IMG/VR virus record: IMGVR_UViG_3300050011_000393
Location: 32,668 to 96,667 of that record
Source of the DNA: a virus
Length of the DNA: 64,000 bases
Direction: 5' to 3' (one strand)
The notes under the pieces were generated by a model, which had not been told where the DNA came from, did no database searches, and saw only the letters and a program-made list of their open reading frames with translations. The position numbers and the translations under genes were made by a program. Positions 48,131 to 57,678 of the stretch are shown here, in pieces (position 1 is the first letter of the stretch; every line of letters starts with the position of its first letter).

Positions 48131-48530
48131 GCTGCCAAAATTCCCAAAAATCAAATATGCGGATCAGGGGACCTCAAAGAAGTTCTCTTCAAAAGAGAAC
48201 GTCATGGCTCTGGTCGGAAACATGATTGACCGCCCGATCGCCCACGTCGAGGAGATGACCGAGGTGGTAAACGGCGTGCAGTGGTGTAGGTCAATTCGAA
48301 TATATTTCGAAATTCCGACAGGAGAAAAATCATGAATAGGCTGGGCACCCTGAGCAATCCGATTGCGGGCGTATCTGACGGCACGCCCGTCTATTTTTGG
48401 TCCGTCGCCTTACCAAACGGGGAGGAATTACAAATCATGACACGGAAACCCATCCCGATGGCGGTGCTGGACGATGTCTGGTCGCGCGGAATTCTAGCAG
48501 CACAAATTTACCCACGGAGACTTGACGCCA

Positions 48531-48809
48531 ATGTCTAACACTTATTTCGACCCCGCGACAGACCATGTGCTTGTCGCAGAACTCCCGCGCGAAACGGTTA
48601 TCGACGGCATTATCATGCCCGACAACGAGAAGCAGCAGGAGATGGTTTACGGGACTGTTGTCTTCTCGGGGCCGAAAGCCTTGGATACGCACCCAGAGGA
48701 TCTTATTGCCTATGGGCCGTATGCAGGCAAGAACATCGTGGTGAATGGGATGCAGTTCCGCCTTCTTCGTGAAGGCCAGATCGAAGGGTATCTCAGAAAG
48801 AGCAACTGA
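48531..48809 (+). CDS. groES: co-chaperonin GroES
   Basis: P..DHVLV, GIIMPD, GTVV.SG, YAG, LLRE.QI.G. Confidence 0.88.
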   Translation: MSNTYFDPATDHVLVAELPRETVIDGIIMPDNEKQQEMVYGTVVFSGPKALDTHPEDLIAYGPYAGKNIVVNGMQFRLLREGQIEGYLRKSN

Positions 48810-49327
48810 TGAGCGACACCAAACGTCTATCGCTGGAGGAAGTCCAGGCCACGCAGGAGTACAGTATCCTGACAGGTAAACAGCAGTTCTTTGTGCAGGC
48901 ATATTGCAGTAGCGGGATCGACACTGGGACCTATGATCCCGTTGAGGCCACGTTCATCGCGTATAAATGCAAGTCTCGGGAAGTGGCACGCATCATGTCC
49001 TACTCGCTGATGCAGAATATTCGTATCGTCGAGGTGCTAAATCGGCATTTTAATCGCGAGCCCCTTGCTGAGTTTTTGGTGCAGCTTAATCGCGCAATCC
49101 AGAATAAAAAACTAACCGTCGCTCAGCTTCAAGCCTTAAAGTTGAAAGCTGATATTCAAGGGTTTACTGCACGTCTGCCTGGGGTTGACCGCCAAGCCAC
49201 TGACCGGATTCCGACGGACATAGAGGCGGCTACTGAAGCTGCGCGGAAGGCCAAGCGCAAGAAACCCGAGCGCGAGCTGAAGCCAGAACCCAAATCCGAG
49301 TACGATGACCACTACCATATCGGATGA
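48809..49327 (+). CDS. terminase small subunit-like protein
   Basis: LT.KQQ.FV.AY....EAT..AY...A......L....I HTH pattern. Confidence 0.6.
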   Translation: MSDTKRLSLEEVQATQEYSILTGKQQFFVQAYCSSGIDTGTYDPVEATFIAYKCKSREVARIMSYSLMQNIRIVEVLNRHFNREPLAEFLVQLNRAIQNKKLTVAQLQALKLKADIQGFTARLPGVDRQATDRIPTDIEAATEAARKAKRKKPERELKPEPKSEYDDHYHIG

Positions 49328-49492
49328 TAAAAAACTGTGCAATATCGCATACTTCGTAAATATATTTTTGGGCCTATAAGGTAAAAACCGTAGGTAAACA
49401 TCCTGAATTCATCAATCTTTGTCACGATTCATGTCAGGGCAGTTGTGAGACCTTGACAATAATGGAGATAGGTGATAGAGGTCACAAAAAGA

Positions 49493-49511
49493 GACTAACG
49501 CTTTCATAAGT
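49493..49511 (+). promoter_or_regulatory. late motif GACT-N8-CATAAGT
   Basis: GACTAACGCTTTCATAAGT. Confidence 0.75.
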
Positions 49512-49633
49512 AGAGAGTGGTTTTTAGACCCGAACGTCAAACCTTCCATCCTCTGCCGTCACTCGGCAAATCGCAGACTGCGCTTCGATTTAAAGGTCAT
49601 CATTAGTTCTAGGTGTCTTTAAGGAGAATCGAC

Positions 49634-50653
49634 ATGTCTCACCAGATTACAATTAACTGGGGCTCTGTCCCTGGCGCAACAAGCTACAACATCTATCGCG
49701 GCACCGCACTCGGCAATGAATCCAATGTCCCATACGCTTCTGTTATAGCTCCGACCACGACCTTTACGGACACTAACGTGTTCCAAGGCAAAGTCTACAG
49801 CTATGAAATTACGGCGGTAGTTTCGGGAGTGGAGTCGGCCGACTCGAACCAAGTGCTCAGCCCCGCAGTTCCATTTCCTCCGACTCCTGCAACGCTGAAC
49901 ATCGACGGCGCGGCTTCGTTTGAAGTGCTCGCGGCAAGCACGGTCACCAACACAGGAGCCACGACCGTGGCTGGAGATGTTGGCGTATTCCCTGGAACTT
50001 CAATCACAGGTTTCCCTCCAGGCGTGATTTCAGGCGTGTTTCATTCGGCGGATTTCGTCGCGCAAGCGGCACAAGCTGCGTTGGCGTCCGCATTCACCCA
50101 GGCTGCGGCTTTGCCTGCGGGAGTTGCAATTCCTGCGGAACTCGGCGGCATGACACTGAAGACAGGTGTCTATGACGCAGCCAGTTCTGTGGCAGTCACC
50201 GGGACGTTGAACCTTGATGCCGAAGGAAATCCAAACGCGGTTTTCATTATCCGCATCCCTACGACGCTCACCACTGCTTCGGGTAACTCCACCATCGCCT
50301 TGCTGAACGGCGCGCAGTCTTCTAACGTCTTCTGGGTAGTGGGAACTTCCGCCACACTCGGCACAAACACTTCCTTCTCCGGTATTGTGATGGCACAAGC
50401 CTCGGTTACGGTAGTGAGCGGTGCCAGCGTGGTTGGTAAGCTCTTCGCAAAAACAGGAGCTGTTACACTCGACACCAACATCATCGACGCATTCGTAATC
50501 CTCGGGTTCGTTACCCCAGGTGCGGCATGCATCCACCCAGTTCAGTTAGTGGGTGACCTGATTGTGTTGGGGCCGTTGCCTCCTTCTCCTCCGAACGTAC
50601 CACCGCCACCTCCTGCTGCACCTACAGGGTTGGTGATCACGTCCGAGAACTAA
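49634..50653 (+). CDS. FN3 + ice-binding-like (DUF3494) domain protein
   Basis: F.VLAASTVTNTG.T.V.GDVGV.PGTSITGFPPG, LGG.TL..GVY, LDA.GNPNAVF, NGAQ.SNVFW.VG.SATLG. Confidence 0.9.
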   Translation: MSHQITINWGSVPGATSYNIYRGTALGNESNVPYASVIAPTTTFTDTNVFQGKVYSYEITAVVSGVESADSNQVLSPAVPFPPTPATLNIDGAASFEVLAASTVTNTGATTVAGDVGVFPGTSITGFPPGVISGVFHSADFVAQAAQAALASAFTQAAALPAGVAIPAELGGMTLKTGVYDAASSVAVTGTLNLDAEGNPNAVFIIRIPTTLTTASGNSTIALLNGAQSSNVFWVVGTSATLGTNTSFSGIVMAQASVTVVSGASVVGKLFAKTGAVTLDTNIIDAFVILGFVTPGAACIHPVQLVGDLIVLGPLPPSPPNVPPPPPAAPTGLVITSEN

Positions 50654-50665
50654 GTTGTATTCTGT

Positions 50666-50693
50666 AGGGGGCGAGACCGCAGACTCGCCCTTT
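50666..50693 (+). terminator. probable intrinsic terminator
   Basis: AGGGGGCGAG...CTCGCCCTTT hairpin. Confidence 0.55.
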
Positions 50694-50718
50694 ATAGAAA
50701 TCTGAAAGGCGGTGTGTC

Positions 50719-50964
50719 ATGGCTTTTTATATAACTCCGCCGCTCACAGAGAAGTCAGGCACGACCCAGATCGCTGCAACTGCAGAGGGAAATTTATACT
50801 ACGCTCCTTCTGGTCATGTGCTTATAGCGGATGGTTTTGGGAATGTGTCAGATTCTGGAACTTCGATTTCATCTCTTGGTGGTGGACCTATTTCGTTTGC
50901 GCAAATCGTTGGCAAACTCAATGCAGGGCAACTTCCTGACGCAGTAGATCTTGGGGTTTTTTAA
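50719..50964 (+). CDS. small virion fibre-associated protein
   Basis: DG.GN..DSG, C-terminal QLP...DLGVF shared with 51393..51929. Confidence 0.6.
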   Translation: MAFYITPPLTEKSGTTQIAATAEGNLYYAPSGHVLIADGFGNVSDSGTSISSLGGGPISFAQIVGKLNAGQLPDAVDLGVF

Positions 50965-50986
50965 TTTGTGTGATATACTGGTTGCT

Positions 50987-51424
50987 ATGTTCACACAAGA
51001 AGAACGAAAAATCAGGAACGCAGCAGCGTCTAAGCGATGGCGGGACAGAAACCCCGGCAAAGTGAAGACACGATCTGATAGATGTAACGCACGATATCGC
51101 GTGTCTGGGCAAGCGAAGTGGAATCATCGATTGAAATTTTTCGGGGTTACCGAGGACCGATTCCTAGATTTGGTAAAAAAACAAAACGGAATATGCCCAG
51201 TCTGCGGCCATCCGTTAGTTGATGATTCTTCTCTGGCAGTAGATCACGATCTTGAGTGCTGTGCAGGTCGCCGATCTTGCGGAAAATGTGTAAGAGGGAT
51301 TGTCCATCGTACATGCAATGCTGCTATAGGCATGCTGAACGATGACCCTAATATTTTGAGACAAGCAGCGAACTATTTAGAGGGATATAGGCATGGCACT
51401 CAACGTCAAGATACAGACTTTTAG
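50987..51424 (+). CDS. endonuclease VII-like homing endonuclease
   Basis: QNG.CPVC...LAVDHD..CC....CGKCVRGI...CN..IG.L.DD. Confidence 0.9.
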   Translation: MFTQEERKIRNAAASKRWRDRNPGKVKTRSDRCNARYRVSGQAKWNHRLKFFGVTEDRFLDLVKKQNGICPVCGHPLVDDSSLAVDHDLECCAGRRSCGKCVRGIVHRTCNAAIGMLNDDPNILRQAANYLEGYRHGTQRQDTDF

Positions 51425-51929
51425 GGGAACACTCGCCAGTCTTTCGGCGCTCGCGACAACAGGATTTCCTGGGGTTCTGGCATGGACTACGGACAGCAAT
51501 GAGTTGTTCGTGGATCTTGGCAGCGGCAATCCAGGTATCGGTCCAGGGAACGCCTGGCAGCCTGTCAACAGCCGCCACAATGTATTCAGCGTGGCTAATC
51601 CTGCGGCGCTCACTGCACTCGCGGCATATCTCGGCGATTTTGCTGTGTCCGCGTCGGATGGAAAAACATATGTGCTCACATCTTATCCTGCGACTAACGC
51701 GGCGAATTGGACAGCTATTGCCAGTATGGAGACGGGAACTGGGGTCGATGTAACTCCTCTTGGCGCGGCAGTCGCTCATGAATTTGTCACTTTTATTGAC
51801 GCGAGCGGTGTGCAGCATTTGGCGCAACCCGCGTTTACCGATATCTCAGGCTTGCTCGCCCAAACGCAATTGCCTGCGACTATTGGAGCAGGTAGCTCTT
51901 TGACGGATATCGACTGTGGTACGTTTTAA
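51393..51929 (+). CDS. virion fibre protein (Mtd/hyaluronidase N-terminal-like)
   Basis: IQ..RG...G.LAWTTD..ELFV; GDFAV..D.KTYVL; DCGTF end. Confidence 0.65.
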   Translation: MALNVKIQTFRGTLASLSALATTGFPGVLAWTTDSNELFVDLGSGNPGIGPGNAWQPVNSRHNVFSVANPAALTALAAYLGDFAVSASDGKTYVLTSYPATNAANWTAIASMETGTGVDVTPLGAAVAHEFVTFIDASGVQHLAQPAFTDISGLLAQTQLPATIGAGSSLTDIDCGTF

Positions 51930-51938
51930 AAAGGTCGT

Positions 51939-52331
51939 ATGGCTCGGAATTTTATTTTTCAACTGCTGCGCGGCGTACTTGCAAATCGCCCCACGCTTAG
52001 TTTGGGTGAACTATATGTGGCGACAGATACGGCCGATTTATACGGCGGTGTTACAGCGGGCAATGTTAGACTCACCACGCCGCTCTACAGCGTCGCAGGA
52101 GTGCAGTCCAAAGGGTATCACGTTGTCGCAGGACAGGTGACACTCGCAGGCGGTACGGCCACTGTGACTTTAAGTGGCTCGGCGGTCTTCACAAATGCGA
52201 CGAGTTATTTTGTGACGGGCTCTGAAGGAACTGCAAACCACTCGATGCTGATTACGCGAGTCAGTGGGACGAGTTTTACAATTACCGGAACGGGCACGGA
52301 TGTGATTAGTTTTATCGCCATAGGCACCTAG
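51939..52331 (+). CDS. virion fibre protein (Mtd N-terminal-like)
   Basis: FQLLRG..ANRPTL..GELYVATDT. Confidence 0.65.
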   Translation: MARNFIFQLLRGVLANRPTLSLGELYVATDTADLYGGVTAGNVRLTTPLYSVAGVQSKGYHVVAGQVTLAGGTATVTLSGSAVFTNATSYFVTGSEGTANHSMLITRVSGTSFTITGTGTDVISFIAIGT

Positions 52332-52613
52332 AGGTATGTATGCAATGGATCCCGAATGATACGCGTGTTCCAATTACAGGGCAATTTATGCTGAAGCCTG
52401 ACGCGCTTGTGAAAATCGAGTCCGGCCCAGTTGTCGACCCCGAACCGAAAACATCCGACTTATCTTTTGCGGCCCGCAAGCGCATGCCTATTCTACCTCC
52501 GACTCCTGCAGTTGTTCCTGTGGCGGTTATCGTCCCTGCAGCCGTGACTAAAACTCCCCCGCCGTCCTTTGCAGTGCGGCATGACCTCACCTCGACCAGG
52601 CGTCAGTAATTAA

Positions 52614-52632
52614 GACTTCTTAAACCATAAGT
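52614..52632 (+). promoter_or_regulatory. late motif GACT-N8-CATAAGT
   Basis: GACTTCTTAAACCATAAGT, ATG only 2 nt downstream. Confidence 0.75.
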
Positions 52633-52634
52633 GT

Positions 52635-52943
52635 ATGGACCCATCTTTCCTTCTCGGCATTGCATCGCTCGGGCAACCGCGCCCAGGCTCCGTGTATGAG
52701 GAGTCAGGCACGGCTGATTCTGGCTACGAGGAAAAAGGGCCGTACCATTGTGAGGACTGTATTCACAAGACCGCACAGGACGAGCCATTCTGCGTTCATC
52801 CTGCAGTACTCGCAGATCCTGAGCTGCAAAGTCGAGTCGTACTGCTGGATAATCGCCCTGTGTCCAAAATCAATTTGAAGCATGGCTGCTGCAAATTTGT
52901 AAAACAAATGCAGGTTCCTAAAGAGGAGTCCGACCATGAGTGA
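52635..52943 (+). CDS. Cys-rich protein with HiPIP-like cysteine spacing
   Basis: Y....CEDC..C...I...GCC.F. Confidence 0.5.
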   Translation: MDPSFLLGIASLGQPRPGSVYEESGTADSGYEEKGPYHCEDCIHKTAQDEPFCVHPAVLADPELQSRVVLLDNRPVSKINLKHGCCKFVKQMQVPKEESDHE

Positions 52944-53253
52944 GACGCCTGAAGTTATCGAAGCGGAAATCGCCGCGCTGCAAGAGAAACTGGCCGAAGT
53001 CCAGCACGCAACCGCGCCTGCTGGTATTACTGCAGTGGTCGAATCTGCGGGAAGTCCTGCGGAGGCCGTTATTCATATCCCGACAGCGGCCCCAATTGAG
53101 CCCGTTATTGCAGAGATCATCCCTGAGCCTGTACTGGAAGTGGTCAAACATACTGTCTCGTCCGTCCATGTAGCGCCCGCGCCAGTTCATGTCGCCCCAC
53201 ATGCTGCGCAGACGATTCCCGCGCGCTGGGCATTACAGCCGCTGGAGAGGTAA
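52936..53253 (+). CDS. hypothetical low-complexity protein
   Basis: GAGGAG RBS. Confidence 0.6.
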   Translation: MSETPEVIEAEIAALQEKLAEVQHATAPAGITAVVESAGSPAEAVIHIPTAAPIEPVIAEIIPEPVLEVVKHTVSSVHVAPAPVHVAPHAAQTIPARWALQPLER

Positions 53254-53258
53254 TCGCC

Positions 53259-53420
53259 ATGGCGATGAGCAAAGACCAGGCGTTCAAAGAGGTTTACGCT
53301 AAGACCCCAAAGACTGTTACTGCCACGGGTAAGACAGGTGCCGCCAAGCGGGCAATGATGGTGGCCATCGCACTCTCTAAGTCAGGGCTATCCAAGCCAG
53401 GAAAAAACGCCAAGAAATAA
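53259..53420 (+). CDS. small basic virion-type protein
   Basis: Manual translation MAMSKDQAFKEV...VAIALSKSG..K; AIALS motif common in small phage proteins. Confidence 0.55.
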   Translation: MAMSKDQAFKEVYAKTPKTVTATGKTGAAKRAMMVAIALSKSGLSKPGKNAKK

Positions 53421-53439
53421 CGCGCGTGGGAGATCGCTA

Positions 53440-53883
53440 ATGTTAGCCGCGCTCATCGCGACACGCCATGCTCCTGCTCCGCCAGTGCCCCCAGTTCTTT
53501 TTTATTCTAACCAATTGGTGGCGGCGACGAACACCTTTGTGTGCATATCCATTTGCCGAACCGCTGCGAAGATATGCACGAATCTCCCCATTCAATACCA
53601 GTTAAACCTTTCCCTGCCAGGCCGAGAGTCCATTCTCGATCAGTTGAATCGGTTCTACTATCGTATAATTAATTATTTGTCGTCCGACGCCGATATGACG
53701 CCTCTGCCGCAGAACCTATACTTGAACAACCAGATTGTGGGTGCTATCGCCACTGCAACGGAGCTGACGAACATTCTCTCAACTCTGCCCGTCGCTTCCC
53801 AGGACCTACCGCTCTTGATGAGGCTTCAGATTCAATTAGCCCTAGCGTTGGCTAACCTGCGCGCGCTCGGGAAGCCTCTGTAA
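53440..53883 (+). CDS. hypothetical protein
   Basis: GGGAG RBS, 147 aa. Confidence 0.6.
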   Translation: MLAALIATRHAPAPPVPPVLFYSNQLVAATNTFVCISICRTAAKICTNLPIQYQLNLSLPGRESILDQLNRFYYRIINYLSSDADMTPLPQNLYLNNQIVGAIATATELTNILSTLPVASQDLPLLMRLQIQLALALANLRALGKPL

Positions 53884-53888
53884 AGTAA

Positions 53889-53907
53889 GACTTTCTTCTC
53901 CATGAGT
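53889..53907 (+). promoter_or_regulatory. late motif, one mismatch (GACT-N8-CATGAGT)
   Basis: GACTTTCTTCTCCATGAGT. Confidence 0.65.
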
Positions 53908-53917
53908 AGAGACTCAA

Positions 53918-54394
53918 ATGCCGCACCCTAAACATTTCACGGAAGAGCAGAAACGAAAGCGCAACACCGCCGTGTATCAAAAAGATCCATATAACGGCTG
54001 GTCCGAAGAACGGAAAGCACAGAGCCGAGCCAACGCTCAGAGATGGGCGGTTAAAAATCCAGAGAAAGCGAAAGAAATCGAGCGAAAGTGGCGCGAGCGG
54101 AATCCGCATAAAAGGCCTTGGGCTATGCTCAAGAGTCGCGCAAAACGCCACGGGTTGGCTGTAGACATCACCTATGATTTCTTTTGTGGTCTGCGAGACG
54201 CTAACAGGTGTCACTACTGCGATGGTTCGCTCCCGCTTCAGGGGAGCGGCATAGACCGCAAAAACCCCACATTAGGGTATGTGGCGGGTAATTGTATCCC
54301 TTGTTGCGGCCTTCATAACCGAATGAAATGGATAATGGGCTACGACACTTTTATTGAAGAATGTCGCATGATTGCAGAACGCTTTAGGAGCTAG
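53918..54394 (+). CDS. HNH-type homing endonuclease
   Basis: CHYC...GIDRK.P..GY..GNC.PCC..HN.MK. Confidence 0.85.
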   Translation: MPHPKHFTEEQKRKRNTAVYQKDPYNGWSEERKAQSRANAQRWAVKNPEKAKEIERKWRERNPHKRPWAMLKSRAKRHGLAVDITYDFFCGLRDANRCHYCDGSLPLQGSGIDRKNPTLGYVAGNCIPCCGLHNRMKWIMGYDTFIEECRMIAERFRS

Positions 54395-54397
54395 TAA

Positions 54398-55609
54398 GTG
54401 CCAACGCAAGCCATAATTCCCGTCACCCCTGGAAGCGGTCTCGACCTCGATGCGGTTAGTCTAATCATCGGGGCAAATACGGTTTACCGCGAAGTTTTGT
54501 GTATCGCGGATCCGACAAACGCCACCAATTTGGCGACTGTCAACGGCTCAGGCGCGCTGAATGTTGCGGATGCGGTTATTGGGGCCTGCATTACGGCAAA
54601 TGTGTTGGCCGTCGCGTTACCAACGGCGCAAATTACGGCTTTGACCCCACCTTCGGCTGGATCTATCGGCACGGCCGTCGCTGCTGACTTGCTGATCGGC
54701 ACGCAAGTCGCGGGGTCATCCGTTCCTGTGGCTTTGCCGACTGCTACGATTACGACGCTTACGCCCCCCACCGCAGGAGCTATCGCGGCCGCGATTGTTG
54801 CAAACCCTCCCACAACCTTCGGCGGCGCAGTAACAAACGTAGGGACATTCGCCGTTCAAGCAACTCTCGCTGCTGAGACCACAAAGGTCATTGGAACAGT
54901 CAACCAAGGGACATCACCATGGGTTGTCTCGAATGGCGGAACGTTCGCCGTTCAAGCAACTCTGTCCGCAGAAACAACCAAAGTCATCGGCACTATTCGT
55001 GTCACCGGAAATGTCGGTGGCGTAATGGACACCACACTCGGCGCGACGAAGCCTGCCAACGTTCTGCAGGTCGGCGGAAATGATGGAACGAACGCATATG
55101 CATTGCCGTTAGCTTCAGGCGGCGGAAAACTTCTTGTGACCGCAGATGCGATTACCATCGCCGCCGCGCAAACAATTGCGGTGACGCAAGCGACTGCAGC
55201 CAGTTTAAATGCAACTGTTGTGGGGACAGTCACAGCCAATCAAGGTACGGCGGCAGCGACTCCATGGACTGACCGACCGGGGGCTCCGACTACTGGATTA
55301 TGGACTAGCGCGGTTATAACTTTCAGCAGCAGCGGGGATAATACAATCATCGCGGGTTCTGGAAGCACGACCATTCGTATCATGAGGATATTTTTTGTCA
55401 ACTCGAACGGCACAACCGCCACAAATGTGACGTTTAAAGATAGTACGCCCACCAGCCTGTCGGGGGCTTTTCTGCTTAATTCGGGAGGAAGTTTCAATGG
55501 TAGCCCCTCTGGAGAGCCTTTATTTGTGACAGCATCAGGGAAGGGGTTTGTGATTAATAGCAGCGCAGCGGTTCAAATCTCAGGCACAGTTTGGTATACC
55601 CAGACATAA
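54398..55609 (+). CDS. virion fibre/decoration protein with internal repeats
   Basis: GTFAVQATL.AETTKVIGT x2, VALPTA.IT.LTPP x2. Confidence 0.65.
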   Translation: MPTQAIIPVTPGSGLDLDAVSLIIGANTVYREVLCIADPTNATNLATVNGSGALNVADAVIGACITANVLAVALPTAQITALTPPSAGSIGTAVAADLLIGTQVAGSSVPVALPTATITTLTPPTAGAIAAAIVANPPTTFGGAVTNVGTFAVQATLAAETTKVIGTVNQGTSPWVVSNGGTFAVQATLSAETTKVIGTIRVTGNVGGVMDTTLGATKPANVLQVGGNDGTNAYALPLASGGGKLLVTADAITIAAAQTIAVTQATAASLNATVVGTVTANQGTAAATPWTDRPGAPTTGLWTSAVITFSSSGDNTIIAGSGSTTIRIMRIFFVNSNGTTATNVTFKDSTPTSLSGAFLLNSGGSFNGSPSGEPLFVTASGKGFVINSSAAVQISGTVWYTQT

Positions 55610-55628
55610 AGCGAGAGAGCGAACGATT

Positions 55629-56276
55629 ATGGCACTGCCTAAAATAATTCAGGTGAGTACGGTTAACGGTGGCAGTTCAGTCGCCAGCTTTGCTGTGACT
55701 ATGGCTGGTGGAAATACGGTCGGTAATGTCTTAGTAATGGCATGGAGGCCCACTGGGGGGACGGTTAGCGTAACGGATAGTGCTGGAAATGTGTGGACGA
55801 CGGTTGTTTCTGGAAACATTGGTTTTGCATGGGCTCCTGTAACTGTACCCTCCGGTCCTCCTGGTGCAACTGGACTCGCACAAAATATAGTCACATGGCA
55901 CTCAACACCGAACAGTTTTCCACGGTTTATTTTGGCTGAGATAAGTGCCGGAGTGGCTGGAGTAACTGGCTGGACTCAGCCTTCGAGTAATTCATCATTA
56001 GCCACGACTACGACGCCGAACTCAGGTTCTATCTCTGATTTAACGACGGATATATTAATTGGTGTTTGTGCTAATAACACGGATACCACGGCTTTAACAA
56101 CTTCATGGACTAGTTTTGGTTACTCTGTTTCGCTTAACGACCCCGGAATGTTCTTTCTTGCACCGACGGGTACAGATAGTTTTTCAGGCACTTCAGCTTC
56201 TGCCACCTGGGGCATGGGAATATTTAATCTTAGGCCAGCGTTTGCATCTGGCGGGCAACAGCAGATTTCTTGTTGA
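55629..56276 (+). CDS. virion beta-sandwich protein
   Basis: T.GN.LV...VTDSAGN.W; homologous to an insert in 12208..16572. Confidence 0.6.
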   Translation: MALPKIIQVSTVNGGSSVASFAVTMAGGNTVGNVLVMAWRPTGGTVSVTDSAGNVWTTVVSGNIGFAWAPVTVPSGPPGATGLAQNIVTWHSTPNSFPRFILAEISAGVAGVTGWTQPSSNSSLATTTTPNSGSISDLTTDILIGVCANNTDTTALTTSWTSFGYSVSLNDPGMFFLAPTGTDSFSGTSASATWGMGIFNLRPAFASGGQQQISC

Positions 56277-56314
56277 GCCGATTTGCGGTATCGCGGGACC
56301 TAAAATCAAAACAA

Positions 56315-56333
56315 GACTATTCTTGCCATAAGT
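56315..56333 (+). promoter_or_regulatory. late motif GACT-N8-CATAAGT
   Basis: GACTATTCTTGCCATAAGT. Confidence 0.75.
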
Positions 56334-56342
56334 GAGGGCGCG

Positions 56343-56624
56343 ATGGCGAACAATTTAGGCGATGCTTTGTCTGGATTAAAGAAGCCCGGAAGCGGCGTGG
56401 CCAAAAAGCCCGTGGCTACCAAGCGGGGTACTGCGACCATCACTGTCGAGCCGATGCCTGCAAAACCTAGGACGTTTACGGACAAGAATTTGGAACCGGG
56501 ATTCGGCGCAGGCGGCGCGAATGGCGTTGCAACCCAAGGTGCGAAACCGGGCGGCACGATTCGGCCGGAAATTAACGCAACACCAAAAATGAAACCAACG
56601 CCCTCGGCAATGACAAAGGCGTAG
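56343..56624 (+). CDS. small basic protein
   Basis: K/P/G-rich, follows late motif. Confidence 0.6.
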   Translation: MANNLGDALSGLKKPGSGVAKKPVATKRGTATITVEPMPAKPRTFTDKNLEPGFGAGGANGVATQGAKPGGTIRPEINATPKMKPTPSAMTKA

Positions 56625-56634
56625 AGGATAATCA

Positions 56635-56991
56635 ATGCCGCAGAGCCCAAGTTCAGTCGACACCGCGTTAGCAAATGCCAAAGCCGCATTGGCGCACGCC
56701 GACGCAAAATTTCCCCGCGCCGCCGCTGCAGCTCCAGCCGCGAAACCTGCTGCCCCCGCCGCACCGAGTATTGGCGCTGAATTAAAAGCCAAAAGCGGTA
56801 TGGTCGGTAAAGCCAGACAGGCACTCGATGCCCCCAAAATGCATAAGGGTGGTCCTGTTCCTGCAGATGGTATTTATACCCTGAAAAAGGGCGAACATGT
56901 GCTGACAGAAAAAGAAGTCGGGACCGTGAAGAAACATGCGCTGATGGCGACCGGACTTAAATCGCTGGCCGCTACAGCCAAGAAAAAGTAA
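56635..56991 (+). CDS. small basic protein with HKGG.V...LKKGE.VL motif
   Basis: GAGG RBS; motif seen in phage virion proteins. Confidence 0.6.
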   Translation: MPQSPSSVDTALANAKAALAHADAKFPRAAAAAPAAKPAAPAAPSIGAELKAKSGMVGKARQALDAPKMHKGGPVPADGIYTLKKGEHVLTEKEVGTVKKHALMATGLKSLAATAKKK

Positions 56992-57003
56992 GGGAGAAAT
57001 AAA

Positions 57004-57678
57004 ATGGGAGTACCACGAACACTGCCGATTCTAGCTGCACCGAGTACCACTGCTTGGCGGACGCCCGTCTATGTCGGGCCCGCCGCAAACACTGTTGCGG
57101 CCGTATCTTTCTCCATCACAAATAACATCGCCACTATCATATTAGGTGCAGGCAACCTGCCCACAAAGGGGTATAATGGCCCAAACGGATACATTGCTCC
57201 GCCGACCGCTGTCCCCGCCAGCGCCACTCAGCAGTTCAATATAGCTCCTGTTCCTCCTGTCAATATCCAAGGGAATTTTCCTGCCCCGAACGGACAGAAA
57301 GTTATTCTGTGGGGCTTCACGACCGCGACATATTTCAACGGCAAGACCGTCACAGTTTTAGATAACAATCCTGCAACTGGCGCATTCCGATTTTATTTTA
57401 CAAACGCGAACGTCGCCAGCACGTCCGACGCGGGAAACACTGCGCCGAGCCCGACCGAACGATTCCGCGCTGTCCGGATTGAATGCGACGGAGCGAACAG
57501 CACGAACATTGTGTATGTCGGGGACTTGAACGTGACGGCCACACAATACACGGCAGCGTTGACGTTAGCTGCACAAATGGCGTTCGAAGTCGCCGGGGAG
57601 AATATCGACGCTTCGCAGATCCAAATTTTCGGGAGCTCCGCGTCCAACTGTCAGGTACACGTATCTTTGATTTACTAA
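57004..57678 (+). CDS. virion structural protein
   Basis: N...VYVG head motif with inserted SITNNIA...TYFNG domain. Confidence 0.6.
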   Translation: MGVPRTLPILAAPSTTAWRTPVYVGPAANTVAAVSFSITNNIATIILGAGNLPTKGYNGPNGYIAPPTAVPASATQQFNIAPVPPVNIQGNFPAPNGQKVILWGFTTATYFNGKTVTVLDNNPATGAFRFYFTNANVASTSDAGNTAPSPTERFRAVRIECDGANSTNIVYVGDLNVTATQYTAALTLAAQMAFEVAGENIDASQIQIFGSSASNCQVHVSLIY

